From Chiloscyllium plagiosum (taxonomy: Eukaryota): a stretch of DNA of 64,000 nucleotides. The stretch spans positions 7,337,416-7,401,415 of the forward strand of contig NC_057749.1 of NCBI RefSeq assembly GCF_004010195.1, written 5' to 3'. The position numbers were made by a program, and so were the translations under genes. The notes beneath the pieces are model-generated. The model was not told the origin of the DNA and made no database searches. It was given only the letters and a program-made list of their open reading frames with translations. This document shows positions 37,928 through 51,379 of the stretch, one piece after another. Position 1 is the first letter of the stretch. Each line of letters starts with the position of its first letter.

Positions 37928-39869
37928 CTAGTTTGACATGTCAGTTTAACATGACTTTTAGCCTTCTCTGCCACTGTACTCCAATTCAATAGAGTCCTTC
38001 GTGGAAGAAAATTGGAGGATGGAAAATATTTTTTTTGGCTGGTTTTAAACTATTTGTTTTTCTTACAGGAGATGAGTTAGATTTGCACACACTTCCAGGA
38101 CCTCTTGGGTGCCAGTACCCAAACAGATCAGCAATGGTGCTACTGAGTGACAGAACGGGCTTGAAAGGCTGAATAGCATACGTCTGCTTCTAACCTGTAG
38201 GCTCAATAAAACCTACTAGAAAATCCTGGCCACCAGTGACTTGGAACTTGCTCATGCTGCATGTGCAATCCAATCAGAACACTGTGAGAGGGCACTGCAG
38301 CCATGCACAACTCCAGGCAGTACATGACTCACATGCACACTTGGACTGATGGATGTAATTGATGGGACGGTGAGGTGATTTGGTTGGTGGTGGTAGAACA
38401 GGAACAAAATGAATCACTCTTTGTTCATTGTACACGTTTTTGGCTTGCAGGCACAATGGAAATTGCAACATGCCAGCAAGCTGAAATAAATGGCTGACTC
38501 TCGCAAGGCTCCTGCAGTGGACTGAGATAGATTTCACATGTTTTTTCACCCATGTCGGGGGGAGAGGGGGGGGGGGGGGGGGAATCTTCCAGGGAGAATT
38601 GGTCGATCAGCATAATAGAAGGCATTTTCCCAACTGTCCACCTTTTATTATAGCCAGGTCCATGAAACAAAGGGGGATGTATTCCACTTGTCATGATTCC
38701 CAAATCACAGGCAGCACAAAATAATGGTCCATAAAAGCAAGGTTTGTCAGGAAGGAACTCAATAAGGGATTCAGGACCATTTTTTTAATTCAAGAGTCCA
38801 ACGAGAACTTGGAGTTCGCAGCTGTGTGGGATGAGCAAGATGATTGACGTATATAGAATTAGGTAATTTTACAATAGAGAAGGAGGCCATTTGACCCAAT
38901 AAGTCTGTACTGGCTCCTGAAAGCATTACCCAGCTGGTCCACTCTCTAACCCTCTCCACATCGTCCTTTTGAAAGATACTTCCAGCATATGCAAGGGAAT
39001 CTAGATGAGAACATGAGGGAGGAGGAAATGGAAGGAAATGGCAATGGTGAGGTAGGGGTTGGTGGAAGAGAGAGAGAGAGATTCACATGGAGGACAAACA
39101 CTGATACAGACTGCTATTGTGGTGGTGAGTCTTAGAAGAGGTGTGATTTTCCACAGTGCTTAAGAGAGGTTGCTGGAGTCTGAAGTATTTTCAAGATCAC
39201 TGATCATTCAACATTCGATGAACAATTTATACACTTGGATGTCAAATAAGGTCAACACAGCGGCATCTCCCACTGGAGCCTCTCCATCCTGCAACCTCTT
39301 TCATCATTATTGACGTAACTTACGTTTTCAGTATTAATCCTTTACACTACACAGTCCGGCATGGACCACAATCTGTTTCTGTGCTAAAAGGCTCAAAGCA
39401 ATTCTATTAAAATTAGAACTTGGCCAATTCAAGACAGATAGCACCTCTTCACACAATGGAAAACAAAAATGAGATTTCCCTCTTGAGAAACTGATGCTGT
39501 TGCCAGGTCAATTGAAAATTTCAGGTCTGATGTCCCAGAAGGACAAGACAAACAGTAAAGCAGGCAAGTGATACATACTGGGCTGACTCATCATGTATAC
39601 TTTAAGTGGAGGATTATTTCCTTGCACTACTTTATTTCTCTACTGGTTTTTCCCTCTGGAATTGATAGATTTTTGTTTGGCAAATGCTTCAAGGAACATT
39701 AACAAATTGTTCGCCATCTTACTGATCATATCAAAGAGTTGAAGGGACAGCAGGCAGAACATGTTAGCTCAAACGCTAAGGTCTGTGAAAAATATCACCA
39801 ATGTGTAACAGGGCTCAACAGAAAATTAGGTGGAAAATTAGGCATGTTTACTGAGAAAAAAGGAATTTT

Positions 39870-40359
39870 TGTAGCAATTGGAATGAGATTGGCCAGATGG
39901 ATCTCATTGAGTATGAGATCCCTGACTGGAGCAGTTAAACTGGACCAATCAGGGAGCCCTGGCTGACAGATATAAACAGGAGTATCCTCCCCTTCACTGT
40001 TTGATCACACAGCATTGCCCTTTGATGTGAAGGGCACTGCTTGTCACTGGCCACTCGGGTGTTTTCCTTTCTTCCTGGTGGTGGAAACTGAATAAAGATT
40101 CATGCACCTTGTGTCTTTCACTGTGTCTCACACCTGCACACACACAACATGGGTGCTGGGGAAAAAAGTAAGCACTACTGCAGTTAGGCGCTAGTGTGGG
40201 GGTAATAAATAAAAATAAAAAAAGACAAAAAATAAATAAACAGAAGTGTCAGGGATTGTCATTACTCTAGGGTGCTGGCTGGTCAGAGCCCATGTAATGT
40301 GAACATGTAAATAAAGGGCGACTTGGTGATGGGATACCAGCCTCCGTAGAATTATTTTA
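39870..40359 (+). mobile_element. Short solo LTR split by a polyA retro-insert
   Basis: Homologous to 13288-13523. Confidence 0.6.
39987..40235 (+). mobile_element. L1/Tx1-type 3'UTR fragment with A-rich tail
   Basis: AATAAA, terminal hairpin, A-tail; 15-bp TSD ataaacag(g/a)agt(a/g)tc at 39972-39986 and 40236-40250. Confidence 0.6.
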
Positions 40360-40964
40360 GAACTGAAGTCAACAAATGAGTCTGTTGAGCATGAGGCATT
40401 TTCCCGAACATAGAGTGCCTAATATTCTTGATTAGAAACTCCAAACTGAATGGGGTTTCTCTGATTTCAATCAAAATCAGAAATGACAATGGGTAATGAA
40501 CAGTGGAAACTCAAACAATTTAGAAGTTTCTTTTAACCTTTCACAGGATGTGGACATCACGCGCCAGCCTAGCATATATCACCCATCCCTGATTGCCCTT
40601 GAGGTGCTGAGTAACTGCCATACAGAGAACAAAGTGCAGCCTATTTCAGAAGAGGTTCAGTTAGAGAGTTTCTAAATTGCTTCTGTCCTTTCGGAAAGAA
40701 AAATAGTGGCACAAAAGTCAAAACACTTTTCAATGCTTCATTAGTTTCCATGCCATAAAAAATGGTGAACAGGTTGACAAAATAACAACTCCATTAAATA
40801 ACTATATTGAGGATAATTGATGGCTGGGTGGGACCATGTGGAGAGTTATGGACATTTATGTAATTAAATGGAGATTGATGGATATCTGAGAGTAATGAGA
40901 TGGTCGTTTCTCATTGAAACATCAGCATTGAACAGGATTCTGCTTGATTAGGTAAACACTGACA

Positions 40965-42240
40965 ATTTCATAGCTTGCAGATGGCACCAAACTTGGACGA
41001 ATTGTAAACTGCTAGGAGGACAGTGTAGAACTCCAAAAGGACATAGACCAGTTGGTGAAGTGGGCAGATACATGGCAGGTGAGGTTCAATGCAGAACAAA
41101 TGATGTACTTTGGCAGGAAGAACATTGAAAGACTGTACAAAATAAGATCATAAGACAAAGAAACAGGAGATGCCTATTAGGCCCCTTGAATCTGTTCACT
41201 CTTCATTAGGATCATGGGTGATCTAACATTTCTCATGTCCATTTTCCCACAAAGAATGGGCCATAATCCTAAAGGGATTGCAGGAGCACTGGGATTTGGA
41301 AGCTTATCTGCAAAAATCATTGACGGTGGCAGGATAGGAGGAGAGCAGTTAATAAAGCAGACGGTGTCCTTGGCTATATTAATAGGGGGCTCAGTATCAG
41401 GGACCGGGTTCAATTTCCACCTCAGGTGACTGTGTGGAGTTTGCACCTTCTCCATGTGTCTGTACGGGTTTCCTCTGGATGCACTGGTTTCCTCCCACTG
41501 TCCAAAGATGAGCAGGTTAGGTGGATTGGCCATGCTAAATTACCCATAATGTTCAGGGATGTGCAGGCTAGGTGGATTAGCCATGAGAAATAAAGGGTTA
41601 CAGGGATGGGGTGTGTCTGGGTGCAATGCTTTTTGGAGGGTCGGTGTGGATTCAATGGGGTGAATGGCCTACCTCCACACACAGAAGGGATTCCATGAAT
41701 AGGGTGGAATGTTAAAGAGGAAGGAGATGATGTTGAATTTGTATAAGACACTCAATTGCAGCATTGTGTATAGCTGTGAGTGCCACATTGTAAGAACAGT
41801 GTGAAAACATTGGAGACAGTGTGGGAACAATTTGCAGGAAAGGAAAAGCTTGAGTTACAAGAAGAGGTTGAGGAAGTCTGAACTTTGAGAGAAAGCAACT
41901 GAGAAGAGATCAGATAGAAGTTTTCAAAATCATAAGTGGGCTGGAAAGAGTAAGAAGACGATGGCTTTGATTTAAAGCGATTTGCAAAAGAAGCAAAGGT
42001 CATGTGAGGAAAAGTGAGCAGTTAGGGTACAGAATGCACTGCATGGAAATGGGGGAGAGGCATGTTCAAATGAGGTAGTCAAGAGGGGCATCAGACCATT
42101 ATTTAGTTAGAAAGAGGGTGAACAAGCATAATGCGTTAAAGCAGGAGATTGGCACTAGGTGATGATGCTTGTAGAAAGAGCTGGTAAAGGTATCATGGGC
42201 CAAATGGCCTCCTTCCGCAGCGCAACAAATCTGTGATTCA
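40965..42240 (+). mobile_element. Old CR1 ORF2 remnant with nested HE1 (41388-41697)
   Basis: 'ADGTKLG...ELQKDIDQLVKWADTWQVRFNAE' RT remnant; tail at about 42190-42240. Confidence 0.7.
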
Positions 42241-42397
42241 GTGAGACTATTTCCACTGATCAGCTATCTAAAATGTGGGTTAAAATTGAAGTTTGCAGTT
42301 ATAATTGAAGATCTTGTAAATGAAGTTTGCAGACTGTCGGTTTCAAAATGTTTTGCTCAGAGCTGCCTGAGATGCCCCATTCTGAGAGTGACTGTGT

Positions 42398-43132
42398 TGA
42401 TTTACCAGGGTATGGAAGGTTCCAGTTATGATGAAAGGATGGATAGTCCGTGATTTTTTTTCACTGGAGCGAAGAAGCTTAAGGGGTGACCTTACAGAAG
42501 TTTATAAAATCATGAGGGGTATAGATAGGGTTAATAGGATGTGTCTTTTCCCTGGGATGGGGGAATTTCAAAACCAAGGAGCATACTTTTAATTCCTGAT
42601 AATTCCTGATGAAGGGCTTTTGCCCGAAATGTCGATTTTCCTGTTCCTTGGCTGTTGCCTGACCTGCTGTGCTTTTCCAGCACCACTCTGATCTTCAGAA
42701 GAGATTTACCAGGTTGTTGCCAGGAATGGAAGGTTTGAGTGATAAGGAGAGGCTCGATAGATTGGGACGTTTTTCAATGGAGCATGGGAGGTTGAGAGTT
42801 GACCTTGTAGAGGTTTATAAAATACTGAGGAGTATCGATAAGGTGAATGGCAGGTTTCTTTTCCCTAGGGTGGGGGATTTCAAGACAAGGAGGCATATTT
42901 CTAAGGTGAGAAGAGAAAGATTTTAAAAGACATGAGGAATGAACTTCCTGAGGAAGTGGTGGCTGCAAGTATAGTTACAACATTTAAAAGACATTTAGAT
43001 AAGTACATGAATAGGAAAGATTTAGAGGGATATTGCCCAAGTGCAAGCAAGAGGGATTAGTTTAGCTTGGGAGAATGGTTGGCATGGACTGGTTGGACCG
43101 AAGGGTCTGCATCCGTGCTGTATGACTGTATG
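42398..43132 (+). mobile_element. Two tandem CR1 3' fragments separated by a PLE pLTR (42592-42693)
   Basis: QKRFTRLLPGMEGLSDKERLDRLG; hammerhead cctgatgaagggcttttgcccgaaatgtc at 42605. Confidence 0.85.
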
Positions 43133-44143
43133 AATGATGAAGCAGGTTCAATGGGCTGAATGGTCTTTTCCTGCTCCTATTTCTTGTGCTCTTATATGAC
43201 TTGAATTGGCAGATATCTGATTATATGAAAAATAACGGATATCTTAGAGTAGTCGTAGTATCAAGAATCCAGGAACAAGAACAAGGCATTGGAGATTACA
43301 ACTGGCCAGGTTGGATTTACATCCGTTCACTGACTTCAGACAACACAAATTCGCTTATAATTTCAGACATTTGAAATGTTATGGTGCCGTTTCCTTCTGT
43401 TTCCTCCTATTAATAAGCTGCAGTTAGTGAAGACCACAGACATAATCTACATCATCAGTGAAGACCATGTGGAAGAATTAATGATAGGGATGCTATTACC
43501 GCAAGGCTACTGAGAAGTATTTAGCACTTAGTTGCAGGGGAATTCCATTGCTGGGATATGTTTTAAAGCAATAATCTATTAGGATTCCATTTCTTCCCGT
43601 GGTATTTAACAGAGTATGGAGCCTGTCAGATAGCACACACTGCCAACAAGACACGGCCTTACCAATGTTTGGACTTGGAGTGTTTCCAGATGGCCTGAGC
43701 TGCAGCAATGCCTTTTGAGGACAGCCATAATCCCACCAGCCAGACTGAGCACAAGCCTAATGCTGTTGAATTAAGCAGCAATGAAAGCTGGTGTATACAA
43801 TGCTGCATGCTGCCAAGCTGAACATAAGCCAGTCAACATCAAAACAAGGCTGAAGGCGGAGACTTTCTTTTTAACCTTTAAGCCCAATCTCCTGCAATTT
43901 ACTCCACTCACAGCACTTCAGCTTCACGTGGTCTTGGCTCTACCCCATGGATTCTTTATTTTATCTCAGTAAAAAAATCAGGGTCAGAGCTATGTCCCCG
44001 TGTAATTTTCTTTTGTCCTTTCCTCAGATGACTCATTGAACTGAGGGTGCAGTCTGCAAAAGCTAATTTTCTTCCTCAGTGAGGTTAGACATGAGACATG
44101 GCTTGGCTATTCAGCTGTGAATGGCTTCACAAATATGTTTGAA

Positions 44144-44306
44144 TACACACAGACACAGACACAACACACGCACACACACACACAGACACACACACACACG
44201 TACACACACAGACACACACACACAGAGACACACAGTCAGACAGACACACACACACATACACATGCACACACACAGACAGACAGACACACACACACATACA
44301 TATGCA
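44144..44306. repeat. Compound (CA)n/(CAGA) microsatellite
   Basis: Seen directly. Confidence 0.95.
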
Positions 44307-44389
44307 TATGAACGCACAACATGCCACTGGAAAGTGATGAGGAAAAAGAAAGATTTTTAAAATCTTCTTTTCCTCTCAAAAAAACACAA

Positions 44390-45187
44390 CGATGACTGGT
44401 GGTGGTTTAACCTGAAGGTCACCATGCCTCAGGTGAGGAGAGAGGTCGAGTTACTGTATTATGGACCAGATCAAACCCTGTCAAAATATAAGAAGATAGT
44501 CTAAATCCTAGCATTTTCTTAATTTAAAGACAAGTGCCAGGCATTGCATTGTGGATGCAATTCGATTCGTCAAACTTCAAGATTTGAAGCAAAATAGACT
44601 TTATTCATACACGATAGTTAAAATATAACAAAAGATAGAACAAATTGGGATAACTTAAGTCTACTGGAAAACTTAACAAAATAATTGATTCTTTAGCTAC
44701 TAAGCAGTAACTGTTCCAATATAGTAATATCTCACAGACACATCCTTGACAATGGCAAATTCAGTAAAATAGATTGTTTCACAGGCAATTCTCCAGTTCA
44801 GGAGGAGAAACATCAAGAGAAAACTCAGAGACAGAGAGAGAGAGAGAGAGAGTAGCAGGGAGAGATAAACTATAGCACCCAAACCAGCTTCAAGACCTCA
44901 GACGCAAACTAAAAAACTAAAATTAAAAAGCCTAATTCTGTGGGAGGTTGACTCCACCCATTCAGGCTGCTTCTATTGTTCCAACTTAAGAAGAAAAACA
45001 AGGCCTCACAAGCTTTATTGGTTTTGGAGCAGACTACCTGGCACCTCTGTGACAACCTTCCTTCAAATGAAAAAACAGGACAAAATATCTTCATACTATT
45101 GTCAAAAATGTAATGTAGGTATAGAAACCATGCTTTTGGTATCACTCTACATCACAAAGCAGCCATCCAGCCAACTGAGCTAACTAA
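44390..45187 (-). mobile_element. SINE family C split by a solo LTR
   Basis: Body 44390-44450; head 45110-45187 (ccagccaactgagctaac). Confidence 0.7.
44457..45106 (-). mobile_element. Solo LTR (about 650 bp), probable Gypsy/ERV type
   Basis: Degenerate TG..CA ends, minus-strand AATAAA at about 44600, 4-bp near-TSD actg/aatg. Confidence 0.5.
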
Positions 45188-46237
45188 CATGCATCAAGGA
45201 GTCAGCCAGGTCTCATAAAATTGAAGTCAAGTTTATCATTGGTTACTGTGCTGAAACACTGAGCATCCTTTGTCAATTCCAAAGCATAGATATGTACCTT
45301 CTGTTAAGATAATCCCCTGTTAGCTTCTGAGGCTGAACATTATGAATTAGAGATGGATCACAAAAGAACATACCTGCTCAGTAATGCAGCGAATGAAAAG
45401 CTCAAAACATTGGAATTGTATTCAGTGTGACAACACAGAACACAGCAAAGAGTGCACATGACACGTAACTCACTCAATTCAATCACTCTTTCCGAAGACA
45501 ATGACGAAAAAAATAAACTGTCTGCTGCAGTCACCAAAAGATATAAGGGAACTATTAACACAGAGACAGCTTCATCATTCAAGATTGTATCTGAAGGTGC
45601 AATACAAAGTAATGGGAAAACCGTCCTTAGTTTTCCCCAGGATTTTCATTTTGAAAAAGGCCTCACGACACACATTCGGAGACAAACCTGTCACAATTTA
45701 CCAAAGCTGCAAATCTCCATATCACACTTCACTGAAAAGCCACTATTGCCGACAATCTTTGAAAAAGCCTTGACTATAGCTAAAAATTCCCTCTAACTTT
45801 TTCCAAGTTTTCTTCAAAATAAGAACCCTTGAAGTATTGATCAAAGCGACAAAAGGAGCTAAACCCAGTGAGATCTTTTGCTTTATTTGTTACTCTGTTG
45901 ACGTATTAGTGTAATTTTGATACAGTGGTCATTTAAGTATAGTTGAGTTGACTTTGAAGAGAGCTGGATCTGTGAGCAACTAACCTCTTTAAAGCCACAA
46001 CTTGATAAGTAGCTCAAGTTTTTAATGTAATACAAAGTTGTCTCGTAAACAATGGTTGAGAATTTCCAGGAAACTTTCGACAGAACAGCTCAAGAGAAGT
46101 ATTGCAGCAATTTCTTTCTTGAAGGAAGTCTAAGATTGCGTGAAGACTATGTCATTTTATCTGATTGTATTTTTAATTGTGGACTGAAATTGGAAAAAAT
46201 GGCACTGCTTTAAAGAAAAAGGATTGTTGCAAGTGAG

Positions 46238-46445
46238 ATAAAGTAGACATAGTCTTACGAAACGATAGGGCTGCGCTGTCATTAGAGAGAGAAATGACTG
46301 GGTTGATTTAATCTGAGGATCACCATGCCTCAAGCAAGGGGAGAGGTTGAGAAGGAGAATCCTTCAGAGCACCCTCAGCAAGTTCAAGAATTGAATCCAT
46401 GTTGTTAGCATCACAAACAAACCATTCAATCAAATGAGCTAAACC
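46238..46445 (-). mobile_element. SINE family C
   Basis: Full reverse-complement copy. Confidence 0.75.
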
Positions 46446-46474
46446 AGAGAGATGTCTATTTAAGAAAGACATAT

Positions 46475-46835
46475 ATCATGGAAGCAGATCTTTCGGTCTA
46501 ACCAGTCCACACCAAACATAATCCCAAACTAAACTTGTCCCAGCTGCCTGCTCCTGGCCCATGTGTCTCCAAACCTCTCTTATTCATGTGCTCATCCAAG
46601 TGTCTTTTAATCGTTCTAATTGTGCCCAAATATACCACTTCCTCAGGAGGTTCATTCCTCACGTGAACCACCCTCTGTATAAAACATTTGCCCCTAAAGA
46701 TTTGTCTTCTTTACATCTCTCTCCTCTCATCTGAAAAATGTGCCCCCCCACCCAGTCTTGAAATCCCCTACCCTAGGGAAAAGACAGCTGCCATTCACCT
46801 TATCTATACCCCTCACGATTTCATAAACCGTTATA
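46475..46835 (-). mobile_element. CR1 3' end
   Basis: CR1 tail and C-terminus, reverse complement. Confidence 0.8.
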
Positions 46836-47086
46836 ATGAACAAAGTTGCCACAAGACCTTATGAACCTACATTAAATTTTCAACAGGGTGATGCACCATT
46901 CAGATAAAACACAGGAATCTAGCCTATATGGGTTTGGAAGAGTTAACACTGAGGAGTGTTATAAACACCACCCACAATAATATTATCATGTGGACTTGTG
47001 GGCAGAACAACTTCAGATCTCAAGGGAACTTGGTCCTCCTCAAAGTGTCTATAACAATATCTGGTCTATCAATGTAACCTGCGAAT

Positions 47087-47407
47087 TATAGAGTCCCTAC
47101 ATCGCAGAAATAAGCTATTCGGCCCATCGAGTCTGCACCAATCATCCAAAGAACATCCTGCTCAGACTCAGCCTATCCCCTGCATTTATCCTGGCTAATC
47201 CACCTACCTGGCAGCTCCCTGGATACTATAGGCAATTTAGCCTGGCCAATCCACCTAGCTTGTGCATCCTTGGACTGTGGAGCACACAGAGGAAACCAAC
47301 ACAAACACTGGGAGAACATGCAAACTCCAACATATACTCACCCAAGGCTGGGATTGAACCCAGATCCCTGATGCTGTGAGGCTAATCACTGAGCCACCAT
47401 GCTGCCC
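47087..47407 (-). mobile_element. HE1 V-SINE
   Basis: Reverse-complement head cactgagccaccatgctgcc. Confidence 0.85.
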
Positions 47408-47849
47408 AAAACATTTGCAAACATACAGCAGTCTGATCACGTTCACTACAAGGGACTCTCCTCGTGAGACAGAGAAGTGATTTTCCTGTACCACATGAGA
47501 CCCCGTGACTTTTCTAAACTTGAGGAGGATGGTGCAGTAACCTTTATGGGGACAGCAGGTCAGTTAGCATAGAGAGCAGGCATGGTCGTACAATCGAATG
47601 CACTTGGTCCAACTCCTGCTGGCCCTTTGATCAATAAATCACAGGTCTCCCATCAAAAAAACTGTTAGAAATGCCAATATAGTTAATGACGAAAACATGC
47701 AACATTATGCCTTTTTTTCCCTTCACACAGCAACCAGTGAACAATTCCAAACACACACCTGGAGGGGTTCCAAATGATCCAAAGTTGTTCGATGTTAAAC
47801 CAACATAGCTCAGTCCATGTAATTGCTAGAATCTGAGGTTACAGTTCAA

Positions 47850-48512
47850 TAGTCATAAAGTCATAAAGCACGGAAACTGATCCTTCGATCCAACCAGTCC
47901 ACGCAATGTTCCCAAACTAAACTAGTCCCACCTGCCTGCATTTGGCCTGCGTCCCTCCAAATCTTTCCTACTCATGAAATTAATCCAATGTCTTTTAAAC
48001 ATTGTAACTGTACCTGCATCTACCACTTCCACTGGAAGTTCATTTCACACACAAACTACTCTCTGTGTAAAAGAGTTGCCCCACCTGTCTTTTATAAATC
48101 TTTCTCTTCTCACCTTAAAAATATGCCCCCTAGTCTTGAAATCCCCCACCCTAGGGAAAAGATCTTTGTCAATCACCTTATCTATGCCCCTCATGATTTT
48201 ACAAACTGCAATGATGTCACCCCTCAACCTCCAATGTTCAAGTGAATAAAGTTCCAGTCTATCCAGCTTATTTTTATATCTCAAACCCTACATCCCTGGT
48301 AACATCCTGGTAAATATTTTCTGACCTCTCTCCAGGTTAATAATATCGTTTGTATAACAAACCAAAACTGCACACAGTCCTCCAGAAGATGCCTCAGCAA
48401 CATCCTGTACAACCTCAACAAAGCATCCCAATTCCTTTACTTAAAGGTCTGAGAGATGAAGGTAAGCATGCCTTGACGTCTTCTTAACCACCCTGTCCAC
48501 TTGTGATACAAA
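47850..48512 (-). mobile_element. CR1 3' fragment
   Basis: LDRLELYSLEHWRLRGDIIAVCKIMRGIDKV. Confidence 0.9.
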
Positions 48513-49189
48513 CATGAGCTTGGTTTGTGAAACCACCTTTTACCTTTTAAATTTTCCAGAGATTACAAGGGCCAAAGCAGTCCTGAATATAGCTATACAG
48601 ATCGATAAAACATTTCTGTTCTCCACTCTTTATTCCAATCTGTTCATTTTCCTGATTGCCCTTTCAATTCCCCCAAAAAAATTCCAGAGGTCTCTTGTTG
48701 ATGTTGACCTAAAGATACTTATCAACCAGTAAAAAAGACGTGCACAAACCATTTGGCTCAATCAGAATGAAGAAATAAAAAATAAACTTTTCATTACTCC
48801 ATGCCACTTTACGGTCAATATGCCAGTCAATTTTGCAATCTTGGAAGGATAGCATTTTAAGGAGGGCCATGCTTCTCTCTGCTCATCTTGGTTTTAATAT
48901 CTCATTCAAAAAACAACAGCTCTGATTGCACTCCTGCTGAGAGCACCAGTCTGACTTTTATGTTCAAGTGGGATGTGAACTCACAACCTTCTCACACAGA
49001 AGCAACTGACCTACCACTGAAACAAAGTGGGTCCTTTTGAAAATTCACATTCCCAGATAAGAACAAGCCATGGAAAGAACTTGCTCATATCGTGATTCTG
49101 ATAGGGCAAGTGGTGAAATTTAAGTTTGCTCATCTGTTAAATGTTGGGGGTTTCTTGGATTATTGCAGACAGCAATAGATTAAGCATTG

Positions 49190-49580
49190 TCAAGGCAATG
49201 AGGTGTTCTTAAAATCCACATCTGTGTTCTAAAGCCTTCCAAGGCTTCACTGCTCCCTCTCTCTCTCTAATCTCTGACAATCCTGCAAACCTGAGGTTCT
49301 ACAGCTCACAGGACTCATTTACCCTGCTAATTTTGATTACTGCACCACTATTGGTTGTGTATTCAGCTGTCTTCGCCCCAAACTCTCCCTCATTCCTCCC
49401 CAAACCCCTTGGCCTTTGTACGCTCCTTAATATTGCTCCTTAAAACTGACCTCTTCAAGGTTTTAATCACCTGTGTTCCTTTGTATGGCTCAGGATCAAA
49501 TTCCACCCGATAACCTCTGCTGTAAAATGTCTTGGGATGTGTTACTACATTAAAGCTGCTCTATAAATGAAATTGGTTAC
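49190..49580 (+). mobile_element. L2-like LINE 3' end
   Basis: ctccttaaaactgacctctt and tail cttgggatgtgttactacattaaagctgctctataaatg. Confidence 0.6.
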
Positions 49581-50779
49581 TTTTGTAATGTTATTCAGTG
49601 AACGATCTTTTGTCGTGTGGTTTTGGGCCCACATTGTGCATTTCGGTCCAATACAGGCTATTAGAGCAGAAAGCAACCACAAGAACTATCCTCAAGTTTG
49701 AGTTTCATGATAAAAGTGTTTATGACTAAACTTTAGGACTAAATATTGCATGGCATGGCATTCAGACATATACCAAGGCTCTAATTTTGCAATCACATTA
49801 TTCAAAGGCAATTTGATAAACTCTACTGATGATACAAGTCTATGGGTCCACATCACATGCATCTCTGCATACAATCTGAACGTTCGAATGGACAGACTTC
49901 CATCTTGTGCCCACCTCTCCGTGCAATTCTCTCTTCCTATTGGGCTATTTATACCCAGTGAGAAGCAGCTCCATGACATCATTGCCAAGTTACTCCAGGG
50001 TCCCAAAGCGCTTCAACAATGAAGGCGACTGACAATACCCACCCATCCTACTGCTGCTGGGTCAGATCATGTGTTCTCAGTCTCAGAAATGCCAGTCAGT
50101 TCAACACAATCAAGGGGAAAGCAGTAATTGTCACCCTCAACAGTGATGCCCAATTGCCAAGAGTAAAGGACATATATCTGTTATATATTTGTTTGGCTGC
50201 CCTGATATCAAGCCTGGAAACTGTGCTATATTAGAACTGTACAAAAATGTGCCTGAGAGCAGAGAAGCCTTAAAATTGACCTGAAAAGAAATGAAACTGT
50301 TCCCTTTAGCCTGCAGTGAGCATAGCTTGACAAGCAAATAGTGCTGAGAAAATTCCCCGTCAACCACTGACCTCATGAACTTTACCTTAGCAATGGTACT
50401 CCAGCATTAAATTCCTATGGGTAGAGGCTCAATCATTACTGCACAGCAGATAGTGCCAACTCGCAGATGTCTGGGCTGACCCCTGCACAGGCCAGCTTCA
50501 CCCTTCCAAAGAACGCCTTGAATTTGGAATGAATCTTAGCTCAGCATGAACATTACCAGTTAAAAGGCCGAGTTACTGACACAAAAACAGCATATCCACC
50601 TGCTGGACACAAACGGAGGCTCATTAAACAATGGGTTACAAACCAGAAATGCGTAGAAGCACAATTGGTATTTGCCAACCATATAGTTTCCGCTGTTGCT
50701 CATCCATAGCCAAGCCTGCAGAGCTCATGTGGCACCTATAATTCACCCTGAAATGTGCCCAAGGCTATTTGTGGACTGA

Positions 50780-51069
50780 GTGAGTACTGCAGATACTGGA
50801 GATTAGAGTCAAGATTAGAGTGGTGCTGGAAAAGCACAGCAGGTCAGGCAGCATCCGAGGAGCAGGCAAATCAATGTTTCAGGCAAAAGCCCTTCATCAA
50901 GAATGGAAAATCAACATTTCGGGCAAAAGCCCTTAATCAGGAATGGAAAATAAACGTTTCAGGGGACTTCCTCATTCCTGATGAAGGACTTTTGAGCAAA
51001 ACATTGAATTTCCTGCTCCTAGGATGCTGCCTGATCTGCTGTGCTTTTCCAGCACCACACTGATCTTGA
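50780..51069. mobile_element. Fold-back PLE pLTR with three to four hammerhead cores
   Basis: Tandem minus-strand cores at 50870-50962 plus a plus-strand core at 50977; TSD ctattt(g/c)tgga(c/g)tga. Confidence 0.88.
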
Positions 51070-51379
51070 CTATTTCTGGAGTGACACCACCTTACATTGT
51101 TTGTCCACGTGGAGCTGATTGACGGGATTCGTGTATAACTTAGCTGAGAAATGCCCATAGGAGGTTCAAATAGAATTGTTTGCTTCAGCACTCAGGGTTT
51201 GCTGTAATGTTGGTGACATAGCAGTCATTTCACACACAGCAAGATCCAGAAAACTCGACTAACTAATCGCATTTACTGGCTGGTGTTAGCCACAACATAG
51301 ACAGAACTGTGTGCTTGTCTTAAAATGTGCCACAAATTAATTAACATCTGCTTGAACAGGCAGAAACTCAACTCAGACA

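Noticed and set aside
44111..44360. Cys/Val and His/Thr-rich ORFs
   Set aside because: Translations of a (CA)n microsatellite
45452..45796. 114-aa ORF
   Set aside because: Non-ATG start, no recognised homology
50870..50962. Regularly spaced repeats resembling a CRISPR array
   Set aside because: Tandem hammerhead units without unique spacers, in a eukaryotic context
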